DNA of 64,000 nucleotides from Myxococcota bacterium (GTDB lineage Bacteria; Myxococcota_A; UBA9160; JAFDDA01). Position 1 is the stretch's first letter; the number at the start of each line of letters is the position of its first letter. Of this stretch, positions 40,387 to 51,888 are shown in pieces. The stretch lies in assembly GCA_965228475.1 (NCBI GenBank), contig OZ245817.1, forward strand, positions 3,040,001-3,104,000, read 5' to 3'. The position numbers were made by a program, and so were the translations under genes. A model generated the notes under the pieces. The model was not told where the DNA came from and did not search any database. It was given only the letters and a program-made list of their open reading frames with translations.

Positions 40387-40431
40387 CCCCCGCCGGCGCC
40401 GACGGGAAAAGCCCACGAACTCACGCCGCCC

Positions 40432-40459
40432 TTGCAGGCCTCGCGTGGGTCCATACAAT
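40432..40459 (+). promoter_or_regulatory. Putative sigma70 promoter for the mltD-like gene
   Basis: TTGCAG-N16-TACAAT, about 175 nt upstream of the start codon. Confidence 0.45.
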
Positions 40460-40633
40460 CGAAGTTGCGAGGCGTTCGCGGTGCCTTCCCCCCAAACCCG
40501 CGCTTCGTGCCGTCGGCCCCCACCGAAGGCGGATCCGAAAAACGTCGAGACGAGCGTCACCCCGAAAGGCCGCATCGCGGCTTGAGCGGAGGCGCCGAGT
40601 TGCCGATCCGGGGGGCGTCCCATGGGGCGTTTT

Positions 40634-43276
40634 ATGTCGCACCGTCACCTTCTCCTCTTCCTCTTCCTCTTCGGGGTCTTCTGGGCCCTGGTTCCTGCCG
40701 CCGCTCACGCGGAAGACGCAGCGAATCCCTTCCCCGTACCGGAGGCGATCCGCCCCCAGGTCGCGTTCTGGACGCGGATCTACTCCGAAGTCACGACGCG
40801 CGGCGGGCTGCTGCACGACTCGCGGATGATGAGCGTCGTCTACGAGAAGATGAAGTTCGGCGCGAAGGACTCGCGGCGTACGCGCAGCCGCAAGATCGAC
40901 GCGCGCCGCGACCACTACAAGCGCGTGCTCGGGACCCTGGCGGGCGGCAAGCGCACGGGCCTCACCGCTGAGGAGCAGCGCGTCCTCGCCCTCTTCCCGG
41001 AAGGCGTCTCGAACCAGACCCTGCGCGCGGCGCAGAAGCGCATCCGGTTCCAGCTCGGGCAGGCGAACCGCTTCCGCGAAGGCATCATCCGCTCGGGACG
41101 CTGGGAGCCGCACATCGCCAAGGTGCTGGCCGAGCACGGCGTGCCCTACGAACTCTCCGCCCTGCCCCACGTCGAGTCGTCCTACAACCCCGAGGCCTAC
41201 TCCCACGCAGGCGCGGCCGGCCTGTGGCAGTTCACCCGTTCGACGGGGCGCATCTTCATGCGCGTCGACCACGTCGTCGACGAGCGCATGGACCCCTACC
41301 TCGCGAGCGTGGCGGCGGCGAAGCTCCTGCTCTCGAACCACCGCCGCACCGGGACGTGGCCGCTGGCCATCACCTCCTACAACCACGGGACGGCGGGCAT
41401 GGAGCGCGCCATCCGCAAGCTCGGCACCCGGCGCATCGACCGCGTCATCGCGGAGTACAAGAGCCGCACCTTCGGCTTCGCCTCGCGCAACTTCTACACG
41501 AGCTTCGTCGCGGCCTGGGACGTGAGCTCGAACGCGCCGCACTTCTTCGGCGAGCTGACGATCGATCCGGCCGAGGACCTCGAGGTGGTCCTCACGGACC
41601 ACTACTACGCGACGTCGACCCTCACCCGCGTCTTCGGCGTCCCGACGAAGACCCTGCGCAAGTACAACGGCGCGCTGCGGGGACCGGTCTGGAACGGGCA
41701 GAAGTACGTGCCGAAGGGCTACGCCCTGCGCATCCCGCGACGGAACAAGGGCCCGGAGCCCGAGCTCGTGCTGGCCCAGATCCCCGCCAGCGAGACGATC
41801 CTGCGGCAGAAGGCCGACCGCACCTACCGCGTGCGGCGCGGCGACACGCTCTCGGGCATCGCGCGGCGCTACGGCGTGAAGACGCGGGACCTCGTCGCCC
41901 TGAACGGTCTGCGCAGCCAGAACCGCATCCGCATCGGCCAGAAGCTCCGCCTCCCGACCCACGACGGGCCGACGACCGTCGCCATGGTGCGCGACCACGA
42001 CCGCAACGCCCGCAAGCGCCTCGAGCGCCCGGCGGACGGCATCCACCGCGTCCGGCGCGGCGACACGCTCTCGGGCATTGCCGAGACCTTCGGCGTCTCG
42101 CTGCAGGAGCTGATCGCGGTGAACGGCCTGCGCAACAAGAACCGGCTCGTGATCGGTCAGAAGATCAAGATCCCGGGCGAGCCCATCGAGGCGCGCACGA
42201 CCTACGTCGTCCAGCGCGGCGACAGCCTCGAACGCATCGCTCGGAAGCACGGGGTCTCCCTCCGCTCGCTCCAGGACGCGAACCACATCCGCAACCGGAA
42301 CCGGATTCATCCCGGGCAGGTGCTCTCGATCCCCGGCAGCGGGGGCGCCGTCGCCCGCACCGAACTCGCACGCACCGAACCCGCGCGCCATACGGTGCGT
42401 CGCGGAGAGACCCTCGCGGGGATCGCCGCGAAGTACGGCGTCGGCGTGAGCGCGCTCCAGGCCCACAACGGACTGCGCAACAAGAACCGGATCCACCCGG
42501 GCCAGGAACTCGAAATCCCCGGCCGGACCCAACCGAAGAAGAAGGTGCAGACGGCCGCGCAGCCGCCGCCGGCAAAGCCCGTCCCCGTGGCCAAGCCCGC
42601 CGTGGCGAAGGAGCCTGCGACGCCGGCCGAGGCCGTCGCGGTCGCCCGGGTCGAAGCCACGCCGCCGCCCGAACCCGCGACGCCGCCCGCCGCTCCGGGG
42701 TCCGGCCTCGTCGAGCCGGTCGTGGTCGCCCCGGACCTCACGCCCGAAGACCTCGCCATCACGCCCGCCGACGCCGCGACGCCCGCGCCGAGCGCGCCGA
42801 GCGCAACCGCCGGCCGGACGCCTTCGGCCCTGCCCTGGGCGCCGGACCGCTACGCCGTGGCCGCCGACGGCTCGATCGTGGCCCGCCCCGGCGAGACGCT
42901 CGGGCACTACGCCGAGTGGCTCGACGTGAAGACCCAGCGCCTGCGCGACCTCAACCACATGGCCTACAAGCGCCCGCTGACGATCGGCAAGCGCATCCGC
43001 CTCGACTTCTCGAAGACCGGGCGGGAGGTCTTCGAGAACCGCCGTCTCGAGCACCATCGCGGTCTCCAGGCCGCGTTCTTCGACGACTTCGCCGTCGCCG
43101 GCACCGAGGACCACGTGCTGCGCCGGGGCGACACGCTCTGGAAGCTTTCGCACCGGAAGTACGAAGTCCCGGTCTGGCTGATCCAGCAGTACAACCCCGA
43201 ACTCGACATGAATGCGCTGCGGCCGGGGATGCGGATCGCCATTCCCGTCGTCCAGCCCAAGAAGGGCAACGTCTAG
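40634..43276 (+). CDS. mltD: MltD-like lytic transglycosylase with multiple LysM domains
   Basis: Signal peptide, SLT motifs PHVESSYNP..AGAAGLWQF and TSYNHG, four clear LysM repeats (V-R/Q-RG-D/E-T/S-L), Pro/Ala linker, further C-terminal LysM. Confidence 0.88.
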   Translation: MSHRHLLLFLFLFGVFWALVPAAAHAEDAANPFPVPEAIRPQVAFWTRIYSEVTTRGGLLHDSRMMSVVYEKMKFGAKDSRRTRSRKIDARRDHYKRVLGTLAGGKRTGLTAEEQRVLALFPEGVSNQTLRAAQKRIRFQLGQANRFREGIIRSGRWEPHIAKVLAEHGVPYELSALPHVESSYNPEAYSHAGAAGLWQFTRSTGRIFMRVDHVVDERMDPYLASVAAAKLLLSNHRRTGTWPLAITSYNHGTAGMERAIRKLGTRRIDRVIAEYKSRTFGFASRNFYTSFVAAWDVSSNAPHFFGELTIDPAEDLEVVLTDHYYATSTLTRVFGVPTKTLRKYNGALRGPVWNGQKYVPKGYALRIPRRNKGPEPELVLAQIPASETILRQKADRTYRVRRGDTLSGIARRYGVKTRDLVALNGLRSQNRIRIGQKLRLPTHDGPTTVAMVRDHDRNARKRLERPADGIHRVRRGDTLSGIAETFGVSLQELIAVNGLRNKNRLVIGQKIKIPGEPIEARTTYVVQRGDSLERIARKHGVSLRSLQDANHIRNRNRIHPGQVLSIPGSGGAVARTELARTEPARHTVRRGETLAGIAAKYGVGVSALQAHNGLRNKNRIHPGQELEIPGRTQPKKKVQTAAQPPPAKPVPVAKPAVAKEPATPAEAVAVARVEATPPPEPATPPAAPGSGLVEPVVVAPDLTPEDLAITPADAATPAPSAPSATAGRTPSALPWAPDRYAVAADGSIVARPGETLGHYAEWLDVKTQRLRDLNHMAYKRPLTIGKRIRLDFSKTGREVFENRRLEHHRGLQAAFFDDFAVAGTEDHVLRRGDTLWKLSHRKYEVPVWLIQQYNPELDMNALRPGMRIAIPVVQPKKGNV

Positions 43277-43303
43277 GCGAACGTTCCGGGTTTCTGGCTC
43301 GGG

Positions 43304-43993
43304 CTAGCCGTCCGCGCCGGCCTGGAACACCCGCTCGCTCGGGAGCGCGATGGCCGTGAGCGGCCCGCCGTAGGTCGCGCCCGTGTCGATGCCGATGCTG
43401 AAGGGCGGATTCCAGCGCACGCGGAAGTCGCGCTTGGGCGAGTGGCCGTACACGAGCGTCGCGCCCAGGGCGTGGCGCAGGTCCCCGGCCATCCGGTTCC
43501 AGAGGAGGTCCTCCGGCGGGCAGCGTTCGAGCGCCTGGTCGATGTCCGAGAGGCCGAGCTCCGGCAGGCCGAGCCCGGCATGGACGAAGGCGTAGTCCCC
43601 CTCGCGGTGGTAGGGAACCAGGTTGCGGAAGAACGCCTCGTGGTCCGGGGGCAGCGCGAAGCCCCCCTGCGCGGCGGCGTCGAAATCGCGAACGCCGTAG
43701 GAGAGCAGGGTCTCGATGCCGCCGTTCGCGAGGTAGTACTCGCTGTTGTCGTAGAGCGGTCCACGCCACCCGATGTAGTGCAGGAACATCGATTCGTGGT
43801 TCCCGATCAGGAATACGCAGTCGCGCTCCCTTCCGAGCGCGATCAGGCGGTCGACCACGCCGCGCGAGTCCGGGCCGCGGTCGACGTAGTCGCCGACGAA
43901 CACGAGCCGGTCGCCGTCTTCGAGCGGGAGCTGCTCGAGCACGCCTTCGAGCTTCGCGAGCTGCCCGTGGATGTCGCCGACGGCGTAGATCAA
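43304..43993 (-). CDS. Calcineurin-like metallophosphoesterase (PPP/ApaH-like)
   Basis: GDIHG, GDYVDRGPDS, GNHE, FVHAG, GHS, IDTG. Confidence 0.92.
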   Translation of the reverse strand: MIYAVGDIHGQLAKLEGVLEQLPLEDGDRLVFVGDYVDRGPDSRGVVDRLIALGRERDCVFLIGNHESMFLHYIGWRGPLYDNSEYYLANGGIETLLSYGVRDFDAAAQGGFALPPDHEAFFRNLVPYHREGDYAFVHAGLGLPELGLSDIDQALERCPPEDLLWNRMAGDLRHALGATLVYGHSPKRDFRVRWNPPFSIGIDTGATYGGPLTAIALPSERVFQAGADG

Positions 43994-44011
43994 CGGGAAC
44001 CCTCTGCGCCG

Positions 44012-45045
<1,034 letters not shown>

Positions 45046-45049
<4 letters not shown>

Positions 45050-45717
45050 TCGACTCGCTCGGGTGGCCCGGCGGGGGTCTCCGGCCGCCGGTACGTCCAG
45101 AAGTAGGGGATCCGGCCCTGCTCGCGCCACTCCTGCTCGTAGGCCGTCTCCATCCGCCCGGGCACGGCCCGCCGGTGGGGCTCCGGCGCCAGGGCGTTCT
45201 CGAGCCCCGCCACCCCCGGAAGGATCCCATCGATCCAGGCCGCGTAGGTCGGGTCGTCCGTCGCCACCTCGAGACGGCCTCCGGGCCGGAGCCGGAGCGC
45301 GAGATCGCGAACGAGGGCCGTCTGCACGAGACGCCGGTCGGCGTGCCGCCGCTTCGGCCACGGGTCCGAGAAGTTGATCCACACGACGTCCACGCTGCCG
45401 GGCGCGAGCAGCTCGCCCGCGACGTCCTCTCCCCGGGCTTCGATCACGCGGACGTTGCGCACGCCGAGGCGGGAGAGCCGGCGCGCCATCTTGACGAAGC
45501 GCTTGTGCGAGAGCTCGACGCCGAGGAAGGCGACCTCCGGCGCGGCCTCGGCCTGGTCGAGCAGGAACTCGCCGCGCCCGAAGCCGATCTCGACGACGAA
45601 GGCCTCGGGCTCCGGCACGTCCGGCGCGAAGAGCTCCCGCCAGCCGCGCTCGCGCAGGTCTTCGGCGGTCACGCGCGGGTCCGCGCCGACCAGGTCCGTC
45701 TTGAGCTTGCGTCCCAT
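45046..45717 (-). CDS. trmB: tRNA (guanine-N7)-methyltransferase
   Basis: EIGFGRGEFL, NFSDPWPKRRH..RRL, ATDD, T.YE. Confidence 0.92.
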
Positions 45718-45743
45718 GGGGCTATCCGGGATCTCGCATGGCG

Positions 45744-47375
45744 CTACCCGAGGTCCCGCACGTTCCGGCCGAGCGCCGCGCCGAACGCGCTGCGCAGGCC
45801 TTCGAACCGGGGGACCCGCGGGTGGGCTTCGATGCGCACCCGCTCGCCCGGCACCAGCCCGGCGCGGTGCCGCACCTCGGCGACGGCCTCGAGCGGCCCG
45901 CCGAGCGCATCGACGAGGCCGTGCTCCTTCGCGCGGTCGCCGCTGTAGACGCGGCCCTGGGCAAGGCGTGCGACCTCTTCCCGCGGGAGGCCGCGGCCTT
46001 CGCTCACGCGGTCGAGGAAGAGGTCGTAGATCGCGCGCATCTCCTCGCGCATGGCGCCGCGTTCGTCGGGCGAGAAGCCGCGGTCCTCGGCATGGATGCC
46101 GGCGCGCGCGCCACGCTCGATGGAATCGCGCCCGACCCCGAGCCGTTCGTAGAGCCCGGAGAGATCGATCTTTCCGCCGACGACGCCGATCGAACCCGTG
46201 ATCGAGGTCGCCTCGGCGAGCACCGCATCGCCCGCGGCGGCCAGGTAGTAGCCCCCCGAAGCCGCCACGTCGCCCAGCGAGACGACGACGGGCTTCTCCT
46301 CGCGGACCCGCATGACCGAGTGCCAGAGGAGATCGGAGGCGAGCGCATCCCCGCCCGGGCTGTCGATGCGCAGGACCACGCCGCGGATCCCCTCGTCGCG
46401 CCGGAGCCGCTCGAAGAGCCCGCGGTAGACGTCGCTCGCGACGCCGCGCAGACCGTGACCCCGGCGGATCGGACCCGTCGCCACCACGTAGGCGATGCGC
46501 GGAAGGTCCGCGAGGAGCGGACGCCAGCCCGGATCCCCCGCCCGCATGGCGTAGTAGCCGGGCGCGTCCACGACGCGCAGGTCCTCGAGCTTCTCCGCCC
46601 CGGGCGAGCGCTCGACGATCTGCTCCTGGAGCTCTTCGGGATAGAGGCAGCCGTCGAGGTAGCCGTCCTCCTTCGCCGTCGCGGCGCGGTGCGGCCCGCG
46701 ATCGATCCAGTCACGAACCTCTTCGGGCTTCTTCCCGCGCCCCGCAGCGACCCCCGCCACGAGCTGGCCGTACCAGTCGTCGAGGAGCGCCTCCATCTGC
46801 TCGCGCTGCTCGGGCGACATGCCCTGGCGCGTGAAGGTCTCGGCCGCGGTCTTGTGGCTCCCGACGCGCAGCACGTCGGGCCGGATGCCGACGCGGTCGA
46901 ACAGGTCGCGCAGGAAGAAGGCGTCCATGCGCAGCCCGACGAGCCCGAGCGAACCCGCTGGCGGCACGAAGAGCTCGGACGCCGCGCTTCCGATGAAGAC
47001 GTCCCCCGCCGAGAGGCTCTCGCCGAAGGCGACCACAGTCTTGCGCGTGGCGGCATCGGCGACGGCCCGCCGCACCGCCAGGGCCCGGCCCCAGCCGATG
47101 GGCGCCCCGTCGAGGCGCAGCAGGATGCCCGTGACGTCCGGATCGCGCGACGCGGCGTCGAGGGTCGTGAGCAGCTCGAGCAGGCTCGGGCCCGGCGGCC
47201 GCCCCATCGGAAGCGCCGGGGCGCGCAGCTCCGTGACCGGCTGTGCCATGCGCACGCGGACCCAGACCGGCCGCTCCCGGGAGAGCACCGCGCGCGCCAC
47301 GCCCCGGCGAGCCAGCCCCGCAAGGTTCGCTCCGAGCCGCCGCACCACCTCCGTGGGTTGGGCACTCACCCGCAC
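45744..47375 (-). CDS. sppA: Signal peptide peptidase SppA (two S49 domains)
   Basis: GSHKTAAE, LRIDSPGG, DVAASGGYY, TGSIGV, AQGRVYSG. Confidence 0.9.
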   Translation of the reverse strand: MRVSAQPTEVVRRLGANLAGLARRGVARAVLSRERPVWVRVRMAQPVTELRAPALPMGRPPGPSLLELLTTLDAASRDPDVTGILLRLDGAPIGWGRALAVRRAVADAATRKTVVAFGESLSAGDVFIGSAASELFVPPAGSLGLVGLRMDAFFLRDLFDRVGIRPDVLRVGSHKTAAETFTRQGMSPEQREQMEALLDDWYGQLVAGVAAGRGKKPEEVRDWIDRGPHRAATAKEDGYLDGCLYPEELQEQIVERSPGAEKLEDLRVVDAPGYYAMRAGDPGWRPLLADLPRIAYVVATGPIRRGHGLRGVASDVYRGLFERLRRDEGIRGVVLRIDSPGGDALASDLLWHSVMRVREEKPVVVSLGDVAASGGYYLAAAGDAVLAEATSITGSIGVVGGKIDLSGLYERLGVGRDSIERGARAGIHAEDRGFSPDERGAMREEMRAIYDLFLDRVSEGRGLPREEVARLAQGRVYSGDRAKEHGLVDALGGPLEAVAEVRHRAGLVPGERVRIEAHPRVPRFEGLRSAFGAALGRNVRDLG

Positions 47376-47400
47376 TCTCCCTTCGTTGCGCGGGCGTTCA

Positions 47401-49038
47401 TCAGCGGCGCGCCTGCTTCCGGTGGCTCAGGTAATCGACCATCAGGTAGGAGCCGAGCTGGTCCGGGCTCGAGTAGAAGACCCGTCCCCGGTTGATCTGG
47501 GTCATGCGCGCGACGAAGTTCACGAGCTCGGGCGCCGAGTCGAGCATGAAGGTGTTGATGGTGATGCCCTGCGCCGTCACCTTGCGAACTTCCTTCAGGG
47601 TCTCGTCGGCGGCGCGCGGCGAGACGCCGCTCACGCCCATCGGCCACTCGACGCGCAGCTCCGGCCCGACGAAGTAGGCCGTCGGCTGACCGTCGGTGAT
47701 CACCAGGATCTGCGGCGCGGAGCTCGGGTGCCGGGCGATCAGCCGCTGCGCGACGCGCAGGCCGTCCTGGAGGTTCGTGAAGGGGTCGCCCATGTTCCAG
47801 ACGACCTCGGGCAGGCGCGGGATCGGGATCTCCTCGGCGCGCGTGTAGAAGCCGACCACGAAGAAGTGATCGCGCGGGAAGCGGGTGCGGATGAGGTGAT
47901 CCATGGCGAGCGCCACGCGCTTGGCCGCGCCGAAGCGCCCTTCCCACGACATCGACCAGCTCATGTCGAGGAGCAGGACCGTGGTCGCCTGCGTACTGGT
48001 ATCGCGTTCGCGCACCTGGAAGTCGTCGAGGCCGAGCGGGACGGGCAGCGGCTGCGCCTGCCCGGGGTGGGAGAGCGCGTGGCGCTTCACGCCGCCGAGG
48101 ACGGTCTTCACGACGTCGAGGTCGAGCGGGTCGCCGAACTCGAAGGGCCGCGTCTCGTCCGGGCGCGGCAGGGCGACGCCCCGGGTATCGACGTCGTGGG
48201 CGCCCGGCCGCCCCTTGCGCAGCGCGCCATAGACCTCCGCGAGCGCCCCGGCGCCGAGCCGGCGGATGGCGCGCGGCGTGAGCTCGTTCTCCCCTTCCCG
48301 CAGGTAGCCGGCCCGTTCGAGAGAGGGGGACAGGTCGCGCAGCAGGATGAGGGACTCCGCCGCGTCGTCGCCGAGCAGGTCCCGGAGGGTCTCGGCATCG
48401 ATGCCTTCGAAGTTTCCCTGTGCGAGGTCGCGCGCGAGCTGCTCCATGCCCTCGACCCGCTCGCGGATCTCCTGGGCCGTCTCGTAGTCCGCGGCTTCGG
48501 GGCCCTGGAAGCGCTGGCCCTGCTGCTGCTGGAACTGTTCGAGCGCCTTCAGCCGATCGAGCTCCTCGAGGAGCTCCCGGAAGGCGTCGCCGGCCTCTTC
48601 GTCCTCGAAGTCCCAGTCGCGGAACCGCTCGATCGTCTCCGAGACCGGCGGAGCGGCCTCGGCCTCGTGACCGTGGCGCCGGGTCATGAAGTCGTTGTGG
48701 CGCGCGGACTCGTGGCCGCTCGCGCCGCGCACGGCGGTCTGCTCGCGATCGAGGATCTCGTCGAGCTGCTGCTGCAGCTCGTCCGTCGCCTCCCGCAGGT
48801 GGTACTGCTCGGCCAGCGACTCCGCCTCGCGCCGAAGCTCACGCAGGAGGTCCTCGACGCCCATCACGCGCATCTCGCGCCCGGCGAGCTCGAAGCCGTA
48901 CTGGCGCATGAAGTCGAGTGCTTCGCCGAGGGACATGCCCTCCATCAGGAGGTCCGAGACGGCGTCGAGCACCGTGTCGGCATCGAGCGTGAAGCTCTCC
49001 TGGGTGCCATCCCAGCGCTGGTAGCGGTAGACGCGCAT
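47401..49038 (-). CDS. VWA-domain protein (partner of the adjacent AAA+ ATPase)
   Basis: YRYQRWDGTQ N-terminus, MIDAS DMSWSM, TNLQDGL, ITDGQPTA. Confidence 0.88.
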   Translation of the reverse strand: MRVYRYQRWDGTQESFTLDADTVLDAVSDLLMEGMSLGEALDFMRQYGFELAGREMRVMGVEDLLRELRREAESLAEQYHLREATDELQQQLDEILDREQTAVRGASGHESARHNDFMTRRHGHEAEAAPPVSETIERFRDWDFEDEEAGDAFRELLEELDRLKALEQFQQQQGQRFQGPEAADYETAQEIRERVEGMEQLARDLAQGNFEGIDAETLRDLLGDDAAESLILLRDLSPSLERAGYLREGENELTPRAIRRLGAGALAEVYGALRKGRPGAHDVDTRGVALPRPDETRPFEFGDPLDLDVVKTVLGGVKRHALSHPGQAQPLPVPLGLDDFQVRERDTSTQATTVLLLDMSWSMSWEGRFGAAKRVALAMDHLIRTRFPRDHFFVVGFYTRAEEIPIPRLPEVVWNMGDPFTNLQDGLRVAQRLIARHPSSAPQILVITDGQPTAYFVGPELRVEWPMGVSGVSPRAADETLKEVRKVTAQGITINTFMLDSAPELVNFVARMTQINRGRVFYSSPDQLGSYLMVDYLSHRKQARR

Positions 49039-49046
49039 GCCCTGGG

Positions 49047-50456
49047 CTAGCCCTGCCCGTAGCGGACCGTGCCTTCGCGCTCGGTCTTGTTGAGGCGGTT
49101 CGCCAGGTGGAGGCCCTCCAGGATGAACTCGATGGCCGAGGCCAGCCGCGGCGGCGAATCGCCTTCGGCGAGCGAGCGCGCACCCTCGCGCAGGCCCGGG
49201 ATCTCGTCGAGCCCCTCGAGGTACTCCCCCGAAGGCATGGCCTCGGACACCTCGACCCGCCAGCCCTGTTCGAAGGCCTCGACGACCGGCGCCAGGCCCT
49301 CCCCCGCCGCGCGCTCCTCGAAGACGACGTGGATGGCGCGCTTCAGGAGTTCGCCGAGCACCTCGGCTTCGGAGCGCTCGCTGCCGGCGTACTCGAGCTC
49401 GATCTTGCCGGTGGTCGAAGCCTCGAGGGCCGGAAGGTCCGAGATGCGCGGGACCGCCTCGCTCTCCCCGAGCCGCAGGGCCCGACGCGCGGCGTTCGCG
49501 AGCAGGGTCTCGTAGTTCGCGAGGGTCATGCGGACGGAGACGCCCGAGCTCTGGTTCACGTCGGGGCTCCGCCGCGCCTGGTGGGTCAGCTCGACGACGA
49601 TCTCCTCGAGGAAGGGCGGCACGTGGACCTCGACGCCGGGAATCTCCGGCCGGACGGCCTCCTGCCGCACGATGTCGAGCTCGAGCGCGCGCGTCTTCGG
49701 GTAGTGCGTGCGGATCTGGGCCGCGTAGCGGTCCTTGAGCGGCGTGATGATGCGGCCCCGGCTCGTGTAGTCCTCGGGGTTCGCGCTCGCGACGACCAGC
49801 ACGTCGAGAGGCAGGCGGACCTGGTACCCCTTCACCTGGACGTCGCGCTCCTCCATCACGTTGAACATCCCGACCTGGACCTTCTCCGTCAGGTCCGGGA
49901 GCTCGTTGATGCAGAAGATTCCCCGGTGGGTCCTCGGCAGCAGGCCGAAGTGGATCGTGAGCTCGTCGTCGAGGGTCCGGCCCTGGGCGACCTTGATCGG
50001 GTCGACGTCGCCGATCAGGTCCGCGATCGAGACGTCCGGCGTGGCGAGCTTCTCGACGTAGCGCGCGTCACGGTGGACCCAGGCGATGTCGGTCTCCGGC
50101 CCCGCTTCGGCGATGCGGTCGATCGCGTAGCGCGAGACCGGAGCGAAGGGGTCGTCGTGGATCTCGCTGCCGGCAACCTCCGGCACCCACTCGTCGAGCA
50201 GGTCCACGAGCGCGCGGATCATGCGGGACTTCGCCTGGCCGCGTTCGCCCAGGAAGATCACGTCGTGCCCGGCCAGGAGCGCGTTCTCGACGGCGGGGAT
50301 CACGGTGTCGTCGTAGCCGAGCACGCCGGGAAAGAGCGGCTCGCCGGAAGCGAGACGCGCAAGCAGGTTGGCGCGCAGCTCCTCGCGCAGGCTGCGGGTC
50401 CGGTAGCCCGCTTTCTCGAGCTCTCCCAGGGTCTGGTACGGCGGCGGCGACGGCAT
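49047..50456 (-). CDS. Magnesium-chelatase-I-like AAA+ ATPase
   Basis: GERGQAKS, EKLATPD..IADLIGDVDPIK, INELPDL, SANPEDYTSRGRIITPLKDR. Confidence 0.88.
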   Translation of the reverse strand: MPSPPPYQTLGELEKAGYRTRSLREELRANLLARLASGEPLFPGVLGYDDTVIPAVENALLAGHDVIFLGERGQAKSRMIRALVDLLDEWVPEVAGSEIHDDPFAPVSRYAIDRIAEAGPETDIAWVHRDARYVEKLATPDVSIADLIGDVDPIKVAQGRTLDDELTIHFGLLPRTHRGIFCINELPDLTEKVQVGMFNVMEERDVQVKGYQVRLPLDVLVVASANPEDYTSRGRIITPLKDRYAAQIRTHYPKTRALELDIVRQEAVRPEIPGVEVHVPPFLEEIVVELTHQARRSPDVNQSSGVSVRMTLANYETLLANAARRALRLGESEAVPRISDLPALEASTTGKIELEYAGSERSEAEVLGELLKRAIHVVFEERAAGEGLAPVVEAFEQGWRVEVSEAMPSGEYLEGLDEIPGLREGARSLAEGDSPPRLASAIEFILEGLHLANRLNKTEREGTVRYGQG

Positions 50457-50511
50457 GGGCCCTCCGGGTGCCCGTGCAGTCTAGGTCAGATCCGGCGCCC
50501 CGCTGCTTCGC

Positions 50512-51693
50512 CTAGAGCAGGTCCGAGGCGCCGAGGCCGTGGCGCTGCTTCAGGGTCTTCACGACGTATCGGATGACCGCCTGGACCGAGGCCTCGAAGT
50601 CGTCGTTGTCGATGATGGGAATGTCGTCGGACTCCTCGGCCAGCTCGAGCAGGTGTTCCTGGATCTTGAGGATGGCATCGAGGTTGTCGACGTAGTCGTG
50701 CGGTCCGTGCTTCGGGCCGCGCCGCCGCTTCTTGAAGCGCTTCCCGTAGGACTTCGCGTTCAGGTTCACGACCATGAGCAGCAGGATGTCGGCGCGGTCC
50801 GCATAGTTGGCGCGGCCGACGAGCCCGGGCACCAGGGAGACGCCGTCGAGAACGAGGCTCGTGCTCTCCTGGATGGCCCGGTCGATCAAGCCCCGGACGC
50901 CCACGGCGACCGCCTGGGCCTGATCCCGGAACGCCTCGACCACCGGCTCCTCGTAGGCCTCGGCGCCGGGCACGGACCGCCAGGCGTCGTAGCTCGACGC
51001 GTGCAGCGCCGGGGCCAGCTCCGCGGAGAGCATGATGCGCATGACCTGACGGATGGCGTCGGTCGACATCACGCGCGGGATGCCGAGACGGTGGGCGACC
51101 TCGACGGCCAGGGCCGTCTTGCCCGCGCCGGTCGGCCCGCCGAGCAGGAGGATCACCGGCCGCTCGGGGTCCTGGAACTTCCGCCAGATGAGATACCGCT
51201 CCCCGACCTCTTCCCCGTGCGCCTGGGACAGGGCATCGAAGACCGTCTTGCGAAGCGTCGCGCGATCGATCTCGATCTGCCCCCGCTGCCGCAGGCCGTT
51301 CTCGATCTGCAGGGCGACCGCCGAGGCCTCGGCCGGATCGATCGCCGCGGCGAGCAGCGACTGGGCCAGCACGCCCTTCGAGAACGGGACCTCCGGGTCG
51401 AGATCGGTGATGCGGATCGGGTCGACGAGGGCCGGAGGCGGCGGGGGGAGCCCCTCGGTCAGGGAGCCCTCGACGAGCTCCGCGAGCTCGGCGCGTGAAA
51501 CCGACTCCCGCCCCTTGATCTGGTCCCGCACGGCCTGGGCCGCCGCGAAGGCCTCCTCGTAGGGGACACCCCGTCGTGTCAGGGCGTGGATCATGATCCC
51601 GCGCATGAAGGGGCGCTCGCCGTCGGCGTCCTTGACCACCGGACGGGAGGTGGAACCGCTCTTGCCGGCTCGGCTTTCCTTTTCGCGGGCCAT
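50512..51693 (-). CDS. 2-phosphoglycerate kinase-like protein with two N-terminal ATP-cone-like domains
   Basis: RPFMRGI and PFSKGVLAQSL cones, P-loop GGPTGAGKT, STDAIRQVMR, LHASSY. Confidence 0.8.
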   Translation of the reverse strand: MAREKESRAGKSGSTSRPVVKDADGERPFMRGIMIHALTRRGVPYEEAFAAAQAVRDQIKGRESVSRAELAELVEGSLTEGLPPPPPALVDPIRITDLDPEVPFSKGVLAQSLLAAAIDPAEASAVALQIENGLRQRGQIEIDRATLRKTVFDALSQAHGEEVGERYLIWRKFQDPERPVILLLGGPTGAGKTALAVEVAHRLGIPRVMSTDAIRQVMRIMLSAELAPALHASSYDAWRSVPGAEAYEEPVVEAFRDQAQAVAVGVRGLIDRAIQESTSLVLDGVSLVPGLVGRANYADRADILLLMVVNLNAKSYGKRFKKRRRGPKHGPHDYVDNLDAILKIQEHLLELAEESDDIPIIDNDDFEASVQAVIRYVVKTLKQRHGLGASDLL

Positions 51694-51838
51694 TTCACCA
51701 CGCTAACCGAGTGACCGGCGCATCGCGAGTTCGGCGCCCGGATCGCAGCGAGTACGGACCGGAGAGGCGCGCTAGCGGTTCGTGCGCGCGTCGCGCCAGG
51801 GGCGAATCCGAACGACACAGGAATTGACCCTTTTTGGG

Positions 51839-51888
51839 TTGACTGATTTGCGAACCAGTCTCTACCGTTCTGCAACACCGTGGTTACA
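51839..51888 (+). promoter_or_regulatory. Putative promoter/operator of the merR-parA operon
   Basis: TTGACT-N18-TACCGT. Dyad GACTGATT-TGCG-AACCAGTC (51841-60) covers the -35 and spacer; second imperfect dyad TGCAAC-N6-GTTACA (51871-88). Confidence 0.5.
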
